NCBI GenBank assembly: GCA_035495955.1 | Contig: DATJFE010000067.1 | Coordinates: forward strand, 19,972 to 83,971 | Direction: 5' to 3' | Length of the DNA: 64,000 bases | Origin: Vicinamibacterales bacterium | Lineage (GTDB): Bacteria; Acidobacteriota; Vicinamibacteria; Vicinamibacterales; 2-12-FULL-66-21 | Shown: positions 17,831-28,018 of the stretch, one piece after another | How positions within the stretch are numbered: the first letter of the stretch is position 1 | Layout: every line of letters starts with the position of its first letter | Made by a program: the position numbers and the translations under genes | The notes under the pieces: model-generated | Told to the model about the DNA's origin: nothing | The model's input: the letters and a program-made list of their open reading frames with translations, nothing else | The model's database searches: none

Positions 17831-20800
17831 ATGACCATCGCCGGTTTCTGCGTCAGGCGCCCCGTCTTCACGACGATGCTCGTCGTGCTGCTCGTCGTCA
17901 CGGGCATTTTCTCGTTCCGCGATCTCAGCGTCGATCTGCTGCCCAAGGCCGATCCCGCCGTCGTCAACGTCCAGCTCCTGCTTCCGGGCGCCAGTCCCGA
18001 CGAGCTCAACAGCGCCGTCGTCGAGCCGACCGAGCAGGCCCTCAGCAGCATCTCCGGCATCGACGAGATGACGACGCGCATCACGGAAGGATCGGCGCGC
18101 ATCTCGCTCAGATTCGTGCTCGAGCGCGAGATCAACGACGCCGCGCAGGATGTCCGCGAGAAGGTCGCGCAGGCGCGGCGGGACTTGCCGCCAGAGCTTC
18201 TCCCGCCCGTCATCACCAAGGTCGATCCGGACGCCGATCCCGTGATCAGCTTCTCGGTCTCCGGGCCGCTGCCGATCCGCGCGCTGACGGAAATCGCGCA
18301 GAAGCAAATCGCCCGCGCGATTCAGACGGTCGACGGCGTCGGCGAAGTGACGGTCGAGGGCGGACAGGCGCGCGAGATCCACATCATTCTCGACGTCGAG
18401 AAGCTCAACGCGCACGGCCTGACGGTCGACAAGGTGCGCGACGCGATTGTCGCCCAGAACGTCGAGATCCCCGGCGGCTACATCGAGCAGGGGGACGCCG
18501 AGCTCTCGCTTCGAACGCTCGGCCGGATCGAATCCGCCGGCCAGTTCGAGAACATCGTGGTCGCGTCGGCCGGATCGACGCCCATCCGCATCCGCGATAT
18601 CGCGTCGGTCGAGGATTCCAGCGAAGAGGCCCGCTCCGAAGCGATGTTCGACGGCGAGCGGACGGTGGTGATGGACGTGCGACGCCAGTCAGGCGAGAAC
18701 ACGGTGAAAGTCGTGGACGCCGTCAAGGCGAAGCTGGCGGCGGTCCGCCGGACGCTGCCGCCGGACGTGAAGCTCACGCCGACGCGCGACGACTCGGTCT
18801 TCATTCGCGCGTCGATTGCGTCGCTCAACGAGCACCTGCTGCTCGGCAGCCTGCTCGCCAGCCTCGTGATCATGCTGTTCATCCGGAACCTGCGGGTCGT
18901 CCTCATCTCGTCGCTCGCGATTCCGGCGTCGATCATCGCCAGCTTCGCGCTCATCCGCGCCGCCGGCTTCACGCTGAACAGCATGACGCTGCTCGCGCTC
19001 ACCCTTGCCGTCGGGATCGTCATCGACGATGCGATCGTCGTGCTGGAGAACATCTTCCGTCACATGGAAGAGGAGGGCGTTCCGCCGTTCACGGCGGCGA
19101 TTCAGGGAACGAACGAAGTGTCGCTGGCGGTCATCGCCACGTCGGTGTCGCTGATCGTCATCTTCCTGCCTCTCGCGTTCATGACGGGCTACACACAGCG
19201 CTTCATCTACCCGTTCGGCCTGACGATGGCGTTTGCCGTCATGGTGTCGCTGCTGGTGAGCCTCACGCTGACGCCGATGCTCAGCGCGCGCATGATACGG
19301 ACCGACGGCCGGGTGCATCGCCACGGCGAAGGCTTCTCCGGGAAGCTGGGCGCATGGTACCGACGGAGCCTCGAATGGTCGCTCGATCACCGCGGGGTGA
19401 TCGTCGCAATCAGCGCGCTCGTGTTCGCGACGAGTTTCGTGCTGACCGGGCGCGTGGGCCGATCGTTCCTGCCAAACGAGGACATGGGCGAGTTCCAGCT
19501 CATCGTCGACACGCCGGAAGGCACGTCGCTGCGGGGCACGGAAAAGACGCTCGATACCCTGACGAGGCAGCTCAGGAACATTCCGGGCGTGGCGCACGTG
19601 ATGCCCACGGTGTTCGAGCGCGTCAACCATTCGCACATCTTCGTGCTGCTCAAGCCGCTCGGCGAACGCCGCCAGTCACAGGAGGAGATTGCGGCGAACG
19701 TCCGGACGATGGCGGCCGCCCATCCGTCGCTGAAGCCGACGATTCTGATGCGCACGCCGATCGGCGGCGGCGAGGGCCAGGCCTACCCGATCATGGCCAA
19801 CCTGACGGGACCCGATCTGCGGACCCTGGCGGTGTACGCCTTGAAGCTGCTCGGCGACGTCGAGAAGCTGCCCTACATCAGCGACTCGAAGGCGGTCGTG
19901 AATCTGTCGAACCCCGAACTGCGCGTCGCGGTCGATCGGCAGCGCGCCGCGGACCTCGGCGTGCGCGTGGACGATCTCGCGAGCGCCCTCCGGCTGATGG
20001 TGAGCGGCGAGGACGAGATCTCGAGCTACCGTGAGGCCGGCGAGCGATATCCGGTGACCATTCGCGTGCGCGAGAACCAGCGATCCGACATGGCGGCGAT
20101 CGGCAGCCTGATGGTGCCCTCGGTGCGCGGCGAGCCCGTGCGCGTCGACAACGTGGCGACGCTCACGCGCGGGTTCGGCCCGACCACGATCCAGCGCCTC
20201 AACCGCCAGTTCTCCGTCGGCGTCTATGCCGACATCAAGCCCGGGCAGCCGCTCGATCAGGCGCTCCGCGCAATCAGCGCGCGGGCGAAATCCCTGAGCC
20301 TGCCGCCCGGGTACGGCGTGAAGTTCACGGGCCAGTCGAAGCTGCTCGACGAGACGACGAACAACATGGTGCTGGCGCTTGCCCTCGCCAGCGTCTTCAT
20401 CTACATCGTCCTCGCGATGCAGTTCGAGAGCTTCGTGCAGCCGCTCGTGATCATGACGGCGCTGCCGCTGTCGGTGCCCTTTGCGCTGTTGACGCTGTGG
20501 ATGACGGGGCGCGTCCTGAATCTGTGGAGCGCGCTGGGCGTCCTGCTGCTGCTCGGAATCGTGAAGAAGAACTCGATCCTGCAGGTCGATTACACGAACG
20601 TCCTCCGCCGGCAGGGGATGCCGCTGCGCGAGGCGCTGGTGCAGGCGTCGGAGACCCGGCTGCGGCCGATCCTCATGACGACCGCGGCCATCGTCGCCGG
20701 CCTGATCCCGACGGCGCTGGGCGTCGGCGCAGGCGCCGCGCAGCGGGCCGACATCGCCGTCACGATCGTCGGGGGCCAGTCGCTCTGCCTGTTCCTGACC

Positions 20801-20905
20801 CTGCTGCTCGTTCCCGTCAGCTACTCGCTGGCCGAAGAGGGCGTCGAGCGCGCGAAACTCCTGGGGCGGACGAAGCTGAAGAAAGACGCGCCCGCCGAGG
20901 CATAG
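17831..20905 (+). CDS. efflux RND transporter permease subunit (AcrB/HAE1-like)
   Basis: 1024 aa with a 12-TM RND layout. MTIAGFCVRRPVFTTMLVVLLVVTGIFSF..., ...VGIVIDDAIVVLENIFRH..., ...LGIVKKNSILQVDY... Confidence 0.95.
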   Translation: MTIAGFCVRRPVFTTMLVVLLVVTGIFSFRDLSVDLLPKADPAVVNVQLLLPGASPDELNSAVVEPTEQALSSISGIDEMTTRITEGSARISLRFVLEREINDAAQDVREKVAQARRDLPPELLPPVITKVDPDADPVISFSVSGPLPIRALTEIAQKQIARAIQTVDGVGEVTVEGGQAREIHIILDVEKLNAHGLTVDKVRDAIVAQNVEIPGGYIEQGDAELSLRTLGRIESAGQFENIVVASAGSTPIRIRDIASVEDSSEEARSEAMFDGERTVVMDVRRQSGENTVKVVDAVKAKLAAVRRTLPPDVKLTPTRDDSVFIRASIASLNEHLLLGSLLASLVIMLFIRNLRVVLISSLAIPASIIASFALIRAAGFTLNSMTLLALTLAVGIVIDDAIVVLENIFRHMEEEGVPPFTAAIQGTNEVSLAVIATSVSLIVIFLPLAFMTGYTQRFIYPFGLTMAFAVMVSLLVSLTLTPMLSARMIRTDGRVHRHGEGFSGKLGAWYRRSLEWSLDHRGVIVAISALVFATSFVLTGRVGRSFLPNEDMGEFQLIVDTPEGTSLRGTEKTLDTLTRQLRNIPGVAHVMPTVFERVNHSHIFVLLKPLGERRQSQEEIAANVRTMAAAHPSLKPTILMRTPIGGGEGQAYPIMANLTGPDLRTLAVYALKLLGDVEKLPYISDSKAVVNLSNPELRVAVDRQRAADLGVRVDDLASALRLMVSGEDEISSYREAGERYPVTIRVRENQRSDMAAIGSLMVPSVRGEPVRVDNVATLTRGFGPTTIQRLNRQFSVGVYADIKPGQPLDQALRAISARAKSLSLPPGYGVKFTGQSKLLDETTNNMVLALALASVFIYIVLAMQFESFVQPLVIMTALPLSVPFALLTLWMTGRVLNLWSALGVLLLLGIVKKNSILQVDYTNVLRRQGMPLREALVQASETRLRPILMTTAAIVAGLIPTALGVGAGAAQRADIAVTIVGGQSLCLFLTLLLVPVSYSLAEEGVERAKLLGRTKLKKDAPAEA

Positions 20906-20916
20906 CGACGGATCGC

Positions 20917-21501
20917 TTACGGCCCGCTGACGCTGACGACGCTGATGACGGGTGTCATCCGGTAGCGGCCATTGCCGGTGTCCTTGACCGATTGGTCCCC
21001 ATCGAAGTCCAGCAGCATCGTGGTTGCGGTCGTCGATGTGACATCGAACTCGCGATTGAGCCGTACCTCGCCAGACGGAACGTCGACGGCGGCGCTCCGG
21101 CCGCCCGGCGCGGCGATCGTAGGCGCGCACGGCGATCCCGCCGAGGCGTTGTCGAAGTAAATGGAGGCGCTCGCCACGACGAGCCGCAGCTCCGTGTAAT
21201 GACCGGTCGGCAGGGGTCCTGTGCCCAGCACGTCCTGCGCCGTCGTGAGCTTCTTCAGGTCGCAGGTGCGGCTGGTCGCGCCAGACGCGAACGCGAGCGG
21301 CATGAAATCGCCGCCCGAGAGATGCGCGCTGACGGAGGAGAACGTAACGAGGAGCGCTTTTGCGTCGCCGAACGGACTGTCCTTGAGCATCACGTTGAGC
21401 GTCGCTCCGGCGGTCGACGGCGCGGTCGGCGACGAGCTCGAGCCGCCGCACGCCCATGAAGCCAGAATGAAGACGGCGAGGATCGGTCGTGCGAGCCTCA
21501 T
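20917..21501 (-). CDS. DUF4382-like lipoprotein
   Basis: MRLARPILAVFILASWACGG lipobox. ...LNVMLKDSPFGDAKALLVTFSSVSAH..., ...GHYTELRLVV..., ...MLLDFDGDQSV... GGAGG lies 6 nt before ATG 21501. Confidence 0.65.
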   Translation of the reverse strand: MRLARPILAVFILASWACGGSSSSPTAPSTAGATLNVMLKDSPFGDAKALLVTFSSVSAHLSGGDFMPLAFASGATSRTCDLKKLTTAQDVLGTGPLPTGHYTELRLVVASASIYFDNASAGSPCAPTIAAPGGRSAAVDVPSGEVRLNREFDVTSTTATTMLLDFDGDQSVKDTGNGRYRMTPVISVVSVSGP

Positions 21502-21585
21502 AGGAACCTCCGGCGCCCTGCGGTGCAGAATCTGCGCCATCCAAAACCAGCCGAGCTGCCGAGCGCGGCCATTTCGGCGCGGGCT

Positions 21586-23331
21586 CTAGAAGAGGTATGT
21601 CCTGCGCTCGACGGTGGCGTCGGCGAGCCGGCGGCGCAGCGCGATCGTGTTGATCGGGCTCACCTTCAGGAGTCGCCGCAGCGCGGCGAGCAGCGTGCGC
21701 AGCGCGTCCCCTTCCGCCATCGCCGCGAGCGCGGTTTTCGCCGCTGCCTCGAGGCGCCCGGCGGCGTCGTTCACGTAGACGGCGGCGGCCGCTTCGTGCA
21801 GGAGTCCACCCGTCTGCCGCGCGCGCAGGACCGCACTCTCCGACGCGTAGGCGTCGATGATGATGTCGGCCGTGGCAAGCAGGATCTCCTGCTCGTCGGC
21901 GAGTTTGTCGCCGAAGGTCTGCATCGCCGTACCGAGGATCATCAGCGCGACCTTTTTGAACCCGACCACGGCGCGGCGTTCAGCTTCGAGCGGCGCGCCG
22001 GCGGAGGGCTCCATCGAAGGCGGCGACATGATCTCGTCCATCAGCCGTTTCGCGGCCGGAATCAGCGGAAGCCCGCCCTTCACCGCCCGGCGCGCCAGCA
22101 TGCCCGGAATCAGCAGCCGGTTGATCTCGTTCGTGCCTTCGAAGATGCGGTTGACTCGCGCATCCCGGTAGTGGCGCTCGGCGGGGTAGTCGCGCACGAA
22201 GCCGTTGCCGCCGTGGATCTGGACGTTCTCGTCCAGGATGAAATCGAGGGTCTCGCTGCTCGCGACCTTGAGGATGGACGATTCGATCGCGAACTCCTCG
22301 AGCGAGGCCAGCACTCGCTCCGGCTCATGACCGGCTTCCAGCATGTCCTCGATCAGCCCGGCCGTCCGGTACAGCATGGCTTCCACCGCGTACTGCCGCG
22401 ACGCCATGTCGCCCAGCTTCTGCCGGATCGCGCCGAACGAGGCGATCGGCTTGCCGAACTGCTTCCGCTGCGCTGCGTAGCGGGCGGCCTCCTCGATCGC
22501 GAGCCGCGCGCCGCCGCTGCACATCGCGCCGAGCTTCAGTCGACCGTAGTTGAGCGTGTTGAACGCGATCTTGTGGCCCTTGCCGATTTCGCCCAGCAGG
22601 TTCTCCGCCGGCACTCGGGCGTCCTGCAGGATCAGCGGGGTCGTCGACGATCCGAGCAGCCCGAGCTTGTGCTCCTCCTTTCCGCTGCTGACGCCGGGGA
22701 AGCCGCGTTCCACGATGAAGGCGCTGAACTGCTCGCCGTCGGCTTTCGCGAAGACGATGAACAGGTCCGCGAAGCCGCCGTTCGTGATCCACATCTTCTC
22801 GCCGTTCAGCGTGTAGCTGCCGTCGGCCTGGCGCGTCGCCTTCGCGCGCGCGCCGAGCGCATCCGATCCGGATCCGGATTCGCTGAGCGCGTACGCTCCG
22901 ACGATCTCGCCGGTGATCAGACGCGGCAGGTACGTCTGACGCTGCGCCTCGGTGCCGAAGCAGAGGATCGGCGTGATCGCGAGCCCCGTCTGCGCGCCGA
23001 ACGTCGTGGCCATCGACGCGCATCGGCCGACGGCTTCGCCGACGACAATCGTCGAGATCTTGTCGAGGTCGAGGCCGCCGTAGGCCTCCGGCACGTCGGT
23101 CGCGAGCAGGCCCAGCTCTCCGGCGCGCCGCACCAGCGTCCGCGCGAGCGCCCAGTCCTTCTGCTCGAGGCGATCGAGCGCGGGCGTCGCCTCGCCGTCG
23201 GTGAACTCCTGCGCCGTCCGTCCGATCATTTTCTGCTCGTCGTCGAGGCGCTCGCGAGTGAAGACGCCGTCAACCGGCGCGTCCTCGATCAGCCAGCTTC
23301 CACCCCGCGCCGCGACCTGTGTTGTGCCCAT
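21586..23331 (-). CDS. fadE: acyl-CoA dehydrogenase (long, FadE/ACADVL-like with extra C-terminal domain)
   Basis: MGTTQVAARGGSWLIEDAPVDGVFTRERLDDEQKMIGRTAQEF..., ...YALSESGSGSDALG..., ...KMWITNGGFADLFIVFAK..., ...IHGGNGFVRDYPAERHYRDARVNRIFEGTNEINRLLI. GGAG lies 8 nt before ATG 23331. Confidence 0.9.
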   Translation of the reverse strand: MGTTQVAARGGSWLIEDAPVDGVFTRERLDDEQKMIGRTAQEFTDGEATPALDRLEQKDWALARTLVRRAGELGLLATDVPEAYGGLDLDKISTIVVGEAVGRCASMATTFGAQTGLAITPILCFGTEAQRQTYLPRLITGEIVGAYALSESGSGSDALGARAKATRQADGSYTLNGEKMWITNGGFADLFIVFAKADGEQFSAFIVERGFPGVSSGKEEHKLGLLGSSTTPLILQDARVPAENLLGEIGKGHKIAFNTLNYGRLKLGAMCSGGARLAIEEAARYAAQRKQFGKPIASFGAIRQKLGDMASRQYAVEAMLYRTAGLIEDMLEAGHEPERVLASLEEFAIESSILKVASSETLDFILDENVQIHGGNGFVRDYPAERHYRDARVNRIFEGTNEINRLLIPGMLARRAVKGGLPLIPAAKRLMDEIMSPPSMEPSAGAPLEAERRAVVGFKKVALMILGTAMQTFGDKLADEQEILLATADIIIDAYASESAVLRARQTGGLLHEAAAAVYVNDAAGRLEAAAKTALAAMAEGDALRTLLAALRRLLKVSPINTIALRRRLADATVERRTYLF

Positions 23332-23345
23332 CTCATTGCTCCGTT

Positions 23346-24509
23346 TCAGCATTTCTCGAAAATACCAGCCGCGCCCATTCCACCGCCGACGCACATCGTC
23401 ACCAGGCCGTATCGGGCGTTCCGGCGCTTCATTTCATACAGCAGCGTCGTCGTCAGCTTCGATCCCGTGCAGCCGAGCGGGTGGCCGAGCGCGATCGCGC
23501 CGCCGTTGACGTTGAGTCGATCGGGATCGATCGGCAGATCGCGCAGGCACGCAATCACCTGCGCGGCGAAGGCCTCGTTCAGCTCGACCAGATCGATCCG
23601 GTCGAGCGCCAGCCCGGTCCGCTTCAGCAGTTTGCGGACGGCCGGCACCGGGCCGATGCCGAATCGCTCCGGTTCCACGCCTGCGGTGGCGAAGCCGACG
23701 AAGCGGCCGAGGGGAGCGAGTCCCAATTCCTTCACTCGGTCGGCGCTCGCAAGGAGGACCGCCGAGGCGCCGTCGCTCATCTGCGACGAGTTGCCCGCCG
23801 TCACGGTGCCCGTCGCGTGGAAGGCCGGCTTGAGCTTCGAGAGGGCCTCCATGGACGTATCGCGCCGCGGTCCTTCGTCGACCTGGAAAACGGTCGCCCC
23901 CGACTCAGGGCCGTCCCCACCACCGGCTCTGACCCCGACGACTTCGTCCAGAAAGCGTCCCGCGTCGATCGCCGCGGCCGCGCGCTGGTGGCTGCGAAGC
24001 GCGAAGGCGTCCTGTTCCTCGCGGGAAATGCCGAAGTCGCGGACGTGGTTTTCGGCGACGAGGCCGGTCGTCAGATAGACGTCCGGGTAACTGTCGACGA
24101 GCGCCGGGTTCGGCGCGATCTTGTTGCCGCCCATCGGCACCATGCTCATCGACTCGGTCCCGCCGGCGACGACGACCTGCGCGCCGCCGGTTCGGATCTG
24201 TTCCGCGGCGTACGCAATCGCCTGCAGGCCCGACGAGCAGAAGCGATTCACGGTGACGGCGGACGCGCCGATCGGAATGCCGGCGCGCAGGCTCGCGATG
24301 CGCGCGACGTTGAGGCCCTGCTCGGCCTCAGGCATCGCACAGCCCAGGATGACGTCTTCGATTTCCGCCGGATCGATAGCCGGCGCCCGGCGCAGCGCCT
24401 CCCCGATGACGAGCGCCGCCATCTCGTCGGGGCGCGTGTAGCGAAGCGCCCCGTGCGGCGCCTTCCCGACCGGCGTCCGTACTGCGGAAACGATGTAGGC
24501 GTCGGTCAC
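23346..24509 (-). CDS. fadA: acetyl-CoA C-acyltransferase (thiolase)
   Basis: GTG 24509 after ggagcaagg. [35 protein letters not shown]..., ...[12 protein letters not shown] (active Cys)..., ...[18 protein letters not shown]..., ...[18 protein letters not shown]. 387 aa. The upstream part of ORF 23346..24821 is non-coding. Confidence 0.9.
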   Translation of the reverse strand: MTDAYIVSAVRTPVGKAPHGALRYTRPDEMAALVIGEALRRAPAIDPAEIEDVILGCAMPEAEQGLNVARIASLRAGIPIGASAVTVNRFCSSGLQAIAYAAEQIRTGGAQVVVAGGTESMSMVPMGGNKIAPNPALVDSYPDVYLTTGLVAENHVRDFGISREEQDAFALRSHQRAAAAIDAGRFLDEVVGVRAGGGDGPESGATVFQVDEGPRRDTSMEALSKLKPAFHATGTVTAGNSSQMSDGASAVLLASADRVKELGLAPLGRFVGFATAGVEPERFGIGPVPAVRKLLKRTGLALDRIDLVELNEAFAAQVIACLRDLPIDPDRLNVNGGAIALGHPLGCTGSKLTTTLLYEMKRRNARYGLVTMCVGGGMGAAGIFEKC

Positions 24510-25153
24510 GGCCTTGCTCCGGGTTCCGTGAAGTCGATCAGCAGATCCTCGAGCGCCTCGCCGACTTCGGACGAATGGCCGTCGAACAGATGGTCGGCGG
24601 CGTCGATGACGACCAGCTCCTTCGGCTCGGGAAGCGCTCCGTAGAACTTCCACATGTCCTGGATGGGGCAGATCTCGTCCGCTTCTCCCTGGACGAAGAA
24701 TTTCGGCTTCGTGCTGGTGCGCGTCCGCGAGAAGTCGTATCCCTCCCGCGTGACGGGCGGCGCGATGCCGATGAGGACCCTGACCCGGTCGTCGGCCGCG
24801 CCCGTCTCGAGCGCGATCCATGCGCCGAACGAGAAGCCCGCGCTCCAGAGCGGCAGCTTCGGATATCGTCCGGCCATGTAATCGAGCGCCGCCTTGAAGT
24901 CCTCCGTCTCGCCCGGCCCGCCCGTGAACGTGCCGCGGCTCTTGCCGACGCCGCGAAAATTGAATCGCAGCACGGCGCAGCCGGCGCGAACCAGTCCCTT
25001 GGTGCCCTGATACACCGCCTTCGTGTGCATCGTCCCGCCGTGCGTCGGGAGCGGATGCGCGAACACGACGGCCGCTGTCGGCGGCCCGTTCGGTTCGTCC
25101 AGCAGCGCTTCGAGGGCGCCCGACGGGCCGTTCAGATCATGGATGGCTGGCAT
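24506..25153 (-). CDS. alpha/beta hydrolase (small, single-domain)
   Basis: [21 protein letters not shown]...[17 protein letters not shown]..., nucleophile elbow AGFSFGAW, ...[12 protein letters not shown]..., ...[11 protein letters not shown]. Its stop overlaps the thiolase GTG (GTGA). Confidence 0.75.
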   Translation of the reverse strand: MPAIHDLNGPSGALEALLDEPNGPPTAAVVFAHPLPTHGGTMHTKAVYQGTKGLVRAGCAVLRFNFRGVGKSRGTFTGGPGETEDFKAALDYMAGRYPKLPLWSAGFSFGAWIALETGAADDRVRVLIGIAPPVTREGYDFSRTRTSTKPKFFVQGEADEICPIQDMWKFYGALPEPKELVVIDAADHLFDGHSSEVGEALEDLLIDFTEPGARP

Positions 25154-25886
25154 GGACGAATTCACCTGCAATGCGCGCGAAGCGCTCCGGCTGGGTCACG
25201 AGCCCGATGTGCCCGGTTCCGTTCATCATCTCGTACCGTGCGCCGGCGATCAGCCGCGCGTACTCCCGCGTCGATTGCACGGGGACGACCTGATCGAGCA
25301 TCTCGTCGCCGGTGACGACGAGCGTCGGCGCCGTCACGCGCGCGCAGTCGGCGAGAAAATCCTGACCGTTCAGCAGGCCGAGGCGCGCGGCCATCCCGGC
25401 CGGCACGATCGGCGCGGCGAGAATTCTCGCCACGTGCGCCGCCGCAAACCGCACCCGGCCGATCGGCGAATCGATCGCCATCCTGATCTCCGGCCACAGC
25501 CGGCCCGGCGACGTCGCCAGAAATGCCGGCGTCGACAGCCACGGGCGCGCGAGGTACTGCGCCTGCTGCGGTGTCGGTTTCCACGACGGTGACGGAGCGC
25601 TCACCATGATCAGCGCTGACGTGCGGTCGCGCCGCGACGCGGCGTAGCGAAGCGCGACCAGGCCCCCGAACGATACGCCGCATACCGCGGCGGACGGGAT
25701 TCCGCGATCGTCCAGCAGCCGATCCACCTGCGCGACGAGCTCGGCAATCGTTCCCGCCTTTCCGAGCGAATAGCTGATCGTCCTGCATCGGCGCGACAGC
25801 GCCCGCAGCGCGGGCAGCATCCACTCCCAGCGCCCCTGGAGACCCGGAATGACCACGATCGGCGGACCATCGCCTTCGTCGAACAT
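25137..25886 (-). CDS. alpha/beta hydrolase
   Basis: MFDEGDGPPIVVIPGLQGRWEWMLPALRAL..., nucleophile elbow CGVSFGGLVAL, ...LVVTGDEMLDQVVP..., ...MNGTGHIGLVTQPERF. ATG 25886. The rest of ORF 25137..26948 is shadow. Confidence 0.75.
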   Translation of the reverse strand: MFDEGDGPPIVVIPGLQGRWEWMLPALRALSRRCRTISYSLGKAGTIAELVAQVDRLLDDRGIPSAAVCGVSFGGLVALRYAASRRDRTSALIMVSAPSPSWKPTPQQAQYLARPWLSTPAFLATSPGRLWPEIRMAIDSPIGRVRFAAAHVARILAAPIVPAGMAARLGLLNGQDFLADCARVTAPTLVVTGDEMLDQVVPVQSTREYARLIAGARYEMMNGTGHIGLVTQPERFARIAGEFVHASHP

Positions 25887-25894
25887 GTGCCCGA

Positions 25895-28018
25895 TCAATT
25901 CCGCAGCGGCTTCCCGGTCTTCAGCGTGTACGCGATCCGCTCGAGCGTCTTGCGCTCGCCGCACAGGCTGAGAAACGCCTCGCGTTCCAGATCCAGCAAC
26001 TGCTGTTCGCTGAGCGTCGCCGGGTGCGCGAGGCTGCCGCCGGCGAGAATCCACGCGAGCTTGCGGCCGATGAGTGCGTCGTGATCGCTGATGCGGCCGG
26101 CGCGCCATGCGAGATGGACGCCGAGCTTGAGCGCCGCGAACACGCCTTCTCCGCCGACGCGGATCGCGTCGCGCGGCCGCCTCGCCGGGCGGTGGCCCGG
26201 CGCGAGCTGGAGCGCCAGAGCCTTCGCGTCCGCGAGGAGACGGTCGCGGTTCATGGTCACCTCGTCGGCGTCGCGCAGATAGCCGATGCGGCGCGCATCG
26301 GGCGCGCTCGTTCCGACCTTCGCGAATCCGATCGTCTCGAAGACGCGCTGCACGTAGGGAAGCGGATCCCCCGGTCCAGGCGCGTCCTCCATAGCGCGCG
26401 CCAGCATTTCCTTCGTCCCGCCACCCGCGGGAATCAGGCCGACGCCGACCTCGACGAGCCCGATATAGGCCTCGGCGGCGGCCTGCACGCGGCTCGCGTG
26501 CAGCACGATCTCGCAGCCGCCGCCGAGCGTCAGCCCGGCAGGCGCGACGACGACGGGGACGTCCGCGTGCTTCAGCGCCATCGTGGCGGCCTGAAATGCG
26601 CGGACCATGAGATCCACTTCGTCCCAGTTGCCTTCCTGGGCTTCCAGCAGCAGGAGCATCAGGTTGGCCCCGGCGGAAAAATTCGGCGCGTCGTTGGCGA
26701 CGACCAGCGCGGCGAAATTGCGCGACGCTTCCGCAACGCCCGCGCGGAGCATCTCGATCGTGTCGCCGCCGATGGCGTTCATCTTCGAATGGAAGACCAC
26801 CTGCAGCACGCCGTCGCCGATATCGACAAGCGATGCGCCGGGGTTCTTGCGGACGACGCGTGACGCCTTGGGAGTCGGAGGTTGGGAGTTGGGAGTTGTC
26901 AAGACCGCCCGCGTTTCGAGCGGCCCCAGTTCCCAGCCAAAGCCCCAACGCATCGCCTTGTCGATGTCGGCGGGGGAGTACGCGATCTCGTCCGCGATCT
27001 TCTCCGTGTAGTCGAGCGTCGGTCCGAGCGTGGCCCGAAGAAACGCGCCGACCTTGTCCTTCCCTTCGTACAGCGTCCGGATACGCGCGCCGGTGGACTC
27101 GATTGAGCGCGCGGCCTCCAGCGACGGCAGCTTCGGGGTGTGCTTCGCGCGGTACTCGAGCGTGTGCGGATCGAGCACCAGGATCGCGTCGCCATTCTTC
27201 TCGTAGAACCCGCGGCCGGCTTTCGCCCCGATCATCCCCCGCGCGAGCATTCCGGCGACGAACTCAGGCAGCTCGAATGACAGCGTGCGCGCGACGTGCG
27301 CGAGAACGTCGACGCCCGCGATATCGACGGTCCTGAACGTGGCGCTCTTCGGCCGGCCGATCACGGGTCCCGTGATCGCGTCGACCTCCTCGATCGTGTA
27401 CTCGCCGGACTCGACGGCCCGCAGCACCTGCACGAGACCGAAGATGCCGATCCGATTGGCGATGAAGCCGGGAACGTCTTTCGCGAGCACGACGCCCTTG
27501 CCGAGCCGCCGATCCGCGAACTCCCCGATCGCCTCCACCACGCGTGGATCGGTCTCGGCCGTCGGGATCAGCTCCAGCAGGTGGAGATACCGGGGCGGAT
27601 TGAAGAAGTGCGTGCCGAGCCAATGACGGCGGAAACCGTCCGTTCGTCCCACGGCGATCGACGCGATCGGAATTCCTGACGTATTGGAGCTGACGACGGC
27701 GTCGGCGCGGCGGACGCCATCGACGCGCGCCATCAGCGCCTGCTTCGCGTCGAGCTTCTCGACGATCGCCTCGACGATCCAGTCTGCGTCGCCGATCGAC
27801 GGCAGGTCCTCGTCGAAGCCGCCGGTCGCGATCAACGACGCGGCGTCCGCGGTGAAGAAGGGCTCGGGCTTGAGCCGCTTCGCGCGCTCCAGCCCTTCGC
27901 GCGCGGCGTCGCGCGTCACGTCGAGCAGCCGGACGCGCAGGCCCGCATTCGCCGCGTGCGCCGCAATCTGCGCCCCCATCACGCCGGCTCCCAGCACGGC
28001 CGCGGACCGGACTCTCAT
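25895..28018 (-). CDS. fadN: bifunctional 3-hydroxyacyl-CoA dehydrogenase / enoyl-CoA hydratase (FadN-type domain order)
   Basis: MRVRSAAVLGAGVMGAQIAAHAANAG (NAD fold) ... then crotonase part ...VVFHSKMNAIGGDTIEML...ALVVANDAPNFSAGANL... 707 aa from ATG 28018, which overlaps the tetR stop (ATGA). Confidence 0.9.
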   Translation of the reverse strand: MRVRSAAVLGAGVMGAQIAAHAANAGLRVRLLDVTRDAAREGLERAKRLKPEPFFTADAASLIATGGFDEDLPSIGDADWIVEAIVEKLDAKQALMARVDGVRRADAVVSSNTSGIPIASIAVGRTDGFRRHWLGTHFFNPPRYLHLLELIPTAETDPRVVEAIGEFADRRLGKGVVLAKDVPGFIANRIGIFGLVQVLRAVESGEYTIEEVDAITGPVIGRPKSATFRTVDIAGVDVLAHVARTLSFELPEFVAGMLARGMIGAKAGRGFYEKNGDAILVLDPHTLEYRAKHTPKLPSLEAARSIESTGARIRTLYEGKDKVGAFLRATLGPTLDYTEKIADEIAYSPADIDKAMRWGFGWELGPLETRAVLTTPNSQPPTPKASRVVRKNPGASLVDIGDGVLQVVFHSKMNAIGGDTIEMLRAGVAEASRNFAALVVANDAPNFSAGANLMLLLLEAQEGNWDEVDLMVRAFQAATMALKHADVPVVVAPAGLTLGGGCEIVLHASRVQAAAEAYIGLVEVGVGLIPAGGGTKEMLARAMEDAPGPGDPLPYVQRVFETIGFAKVGTSAPDARRIGYLRDADEVTMNRDRLLADAKALALQLAPGHRPARRPRDAIRVGGEGVFAALKLGVHLAWRAGRISDHDALIGRKLAWILAGGSLAHPATLSEQQLLDLEREAFLSLCGERKTLERIAYTLKTGKPLRN
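26868..26898. repeat. gggagtt-type heptamer repeat inside fadN, encoding the interdomain linker
   Basis: ttgggagtcggaggttgggagttgggagttg on +. Read on the minus strand it encodes LTTPNSQPPTPKAS, between the dehydrogenase and hydratase parts. Confidence 0.75.
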
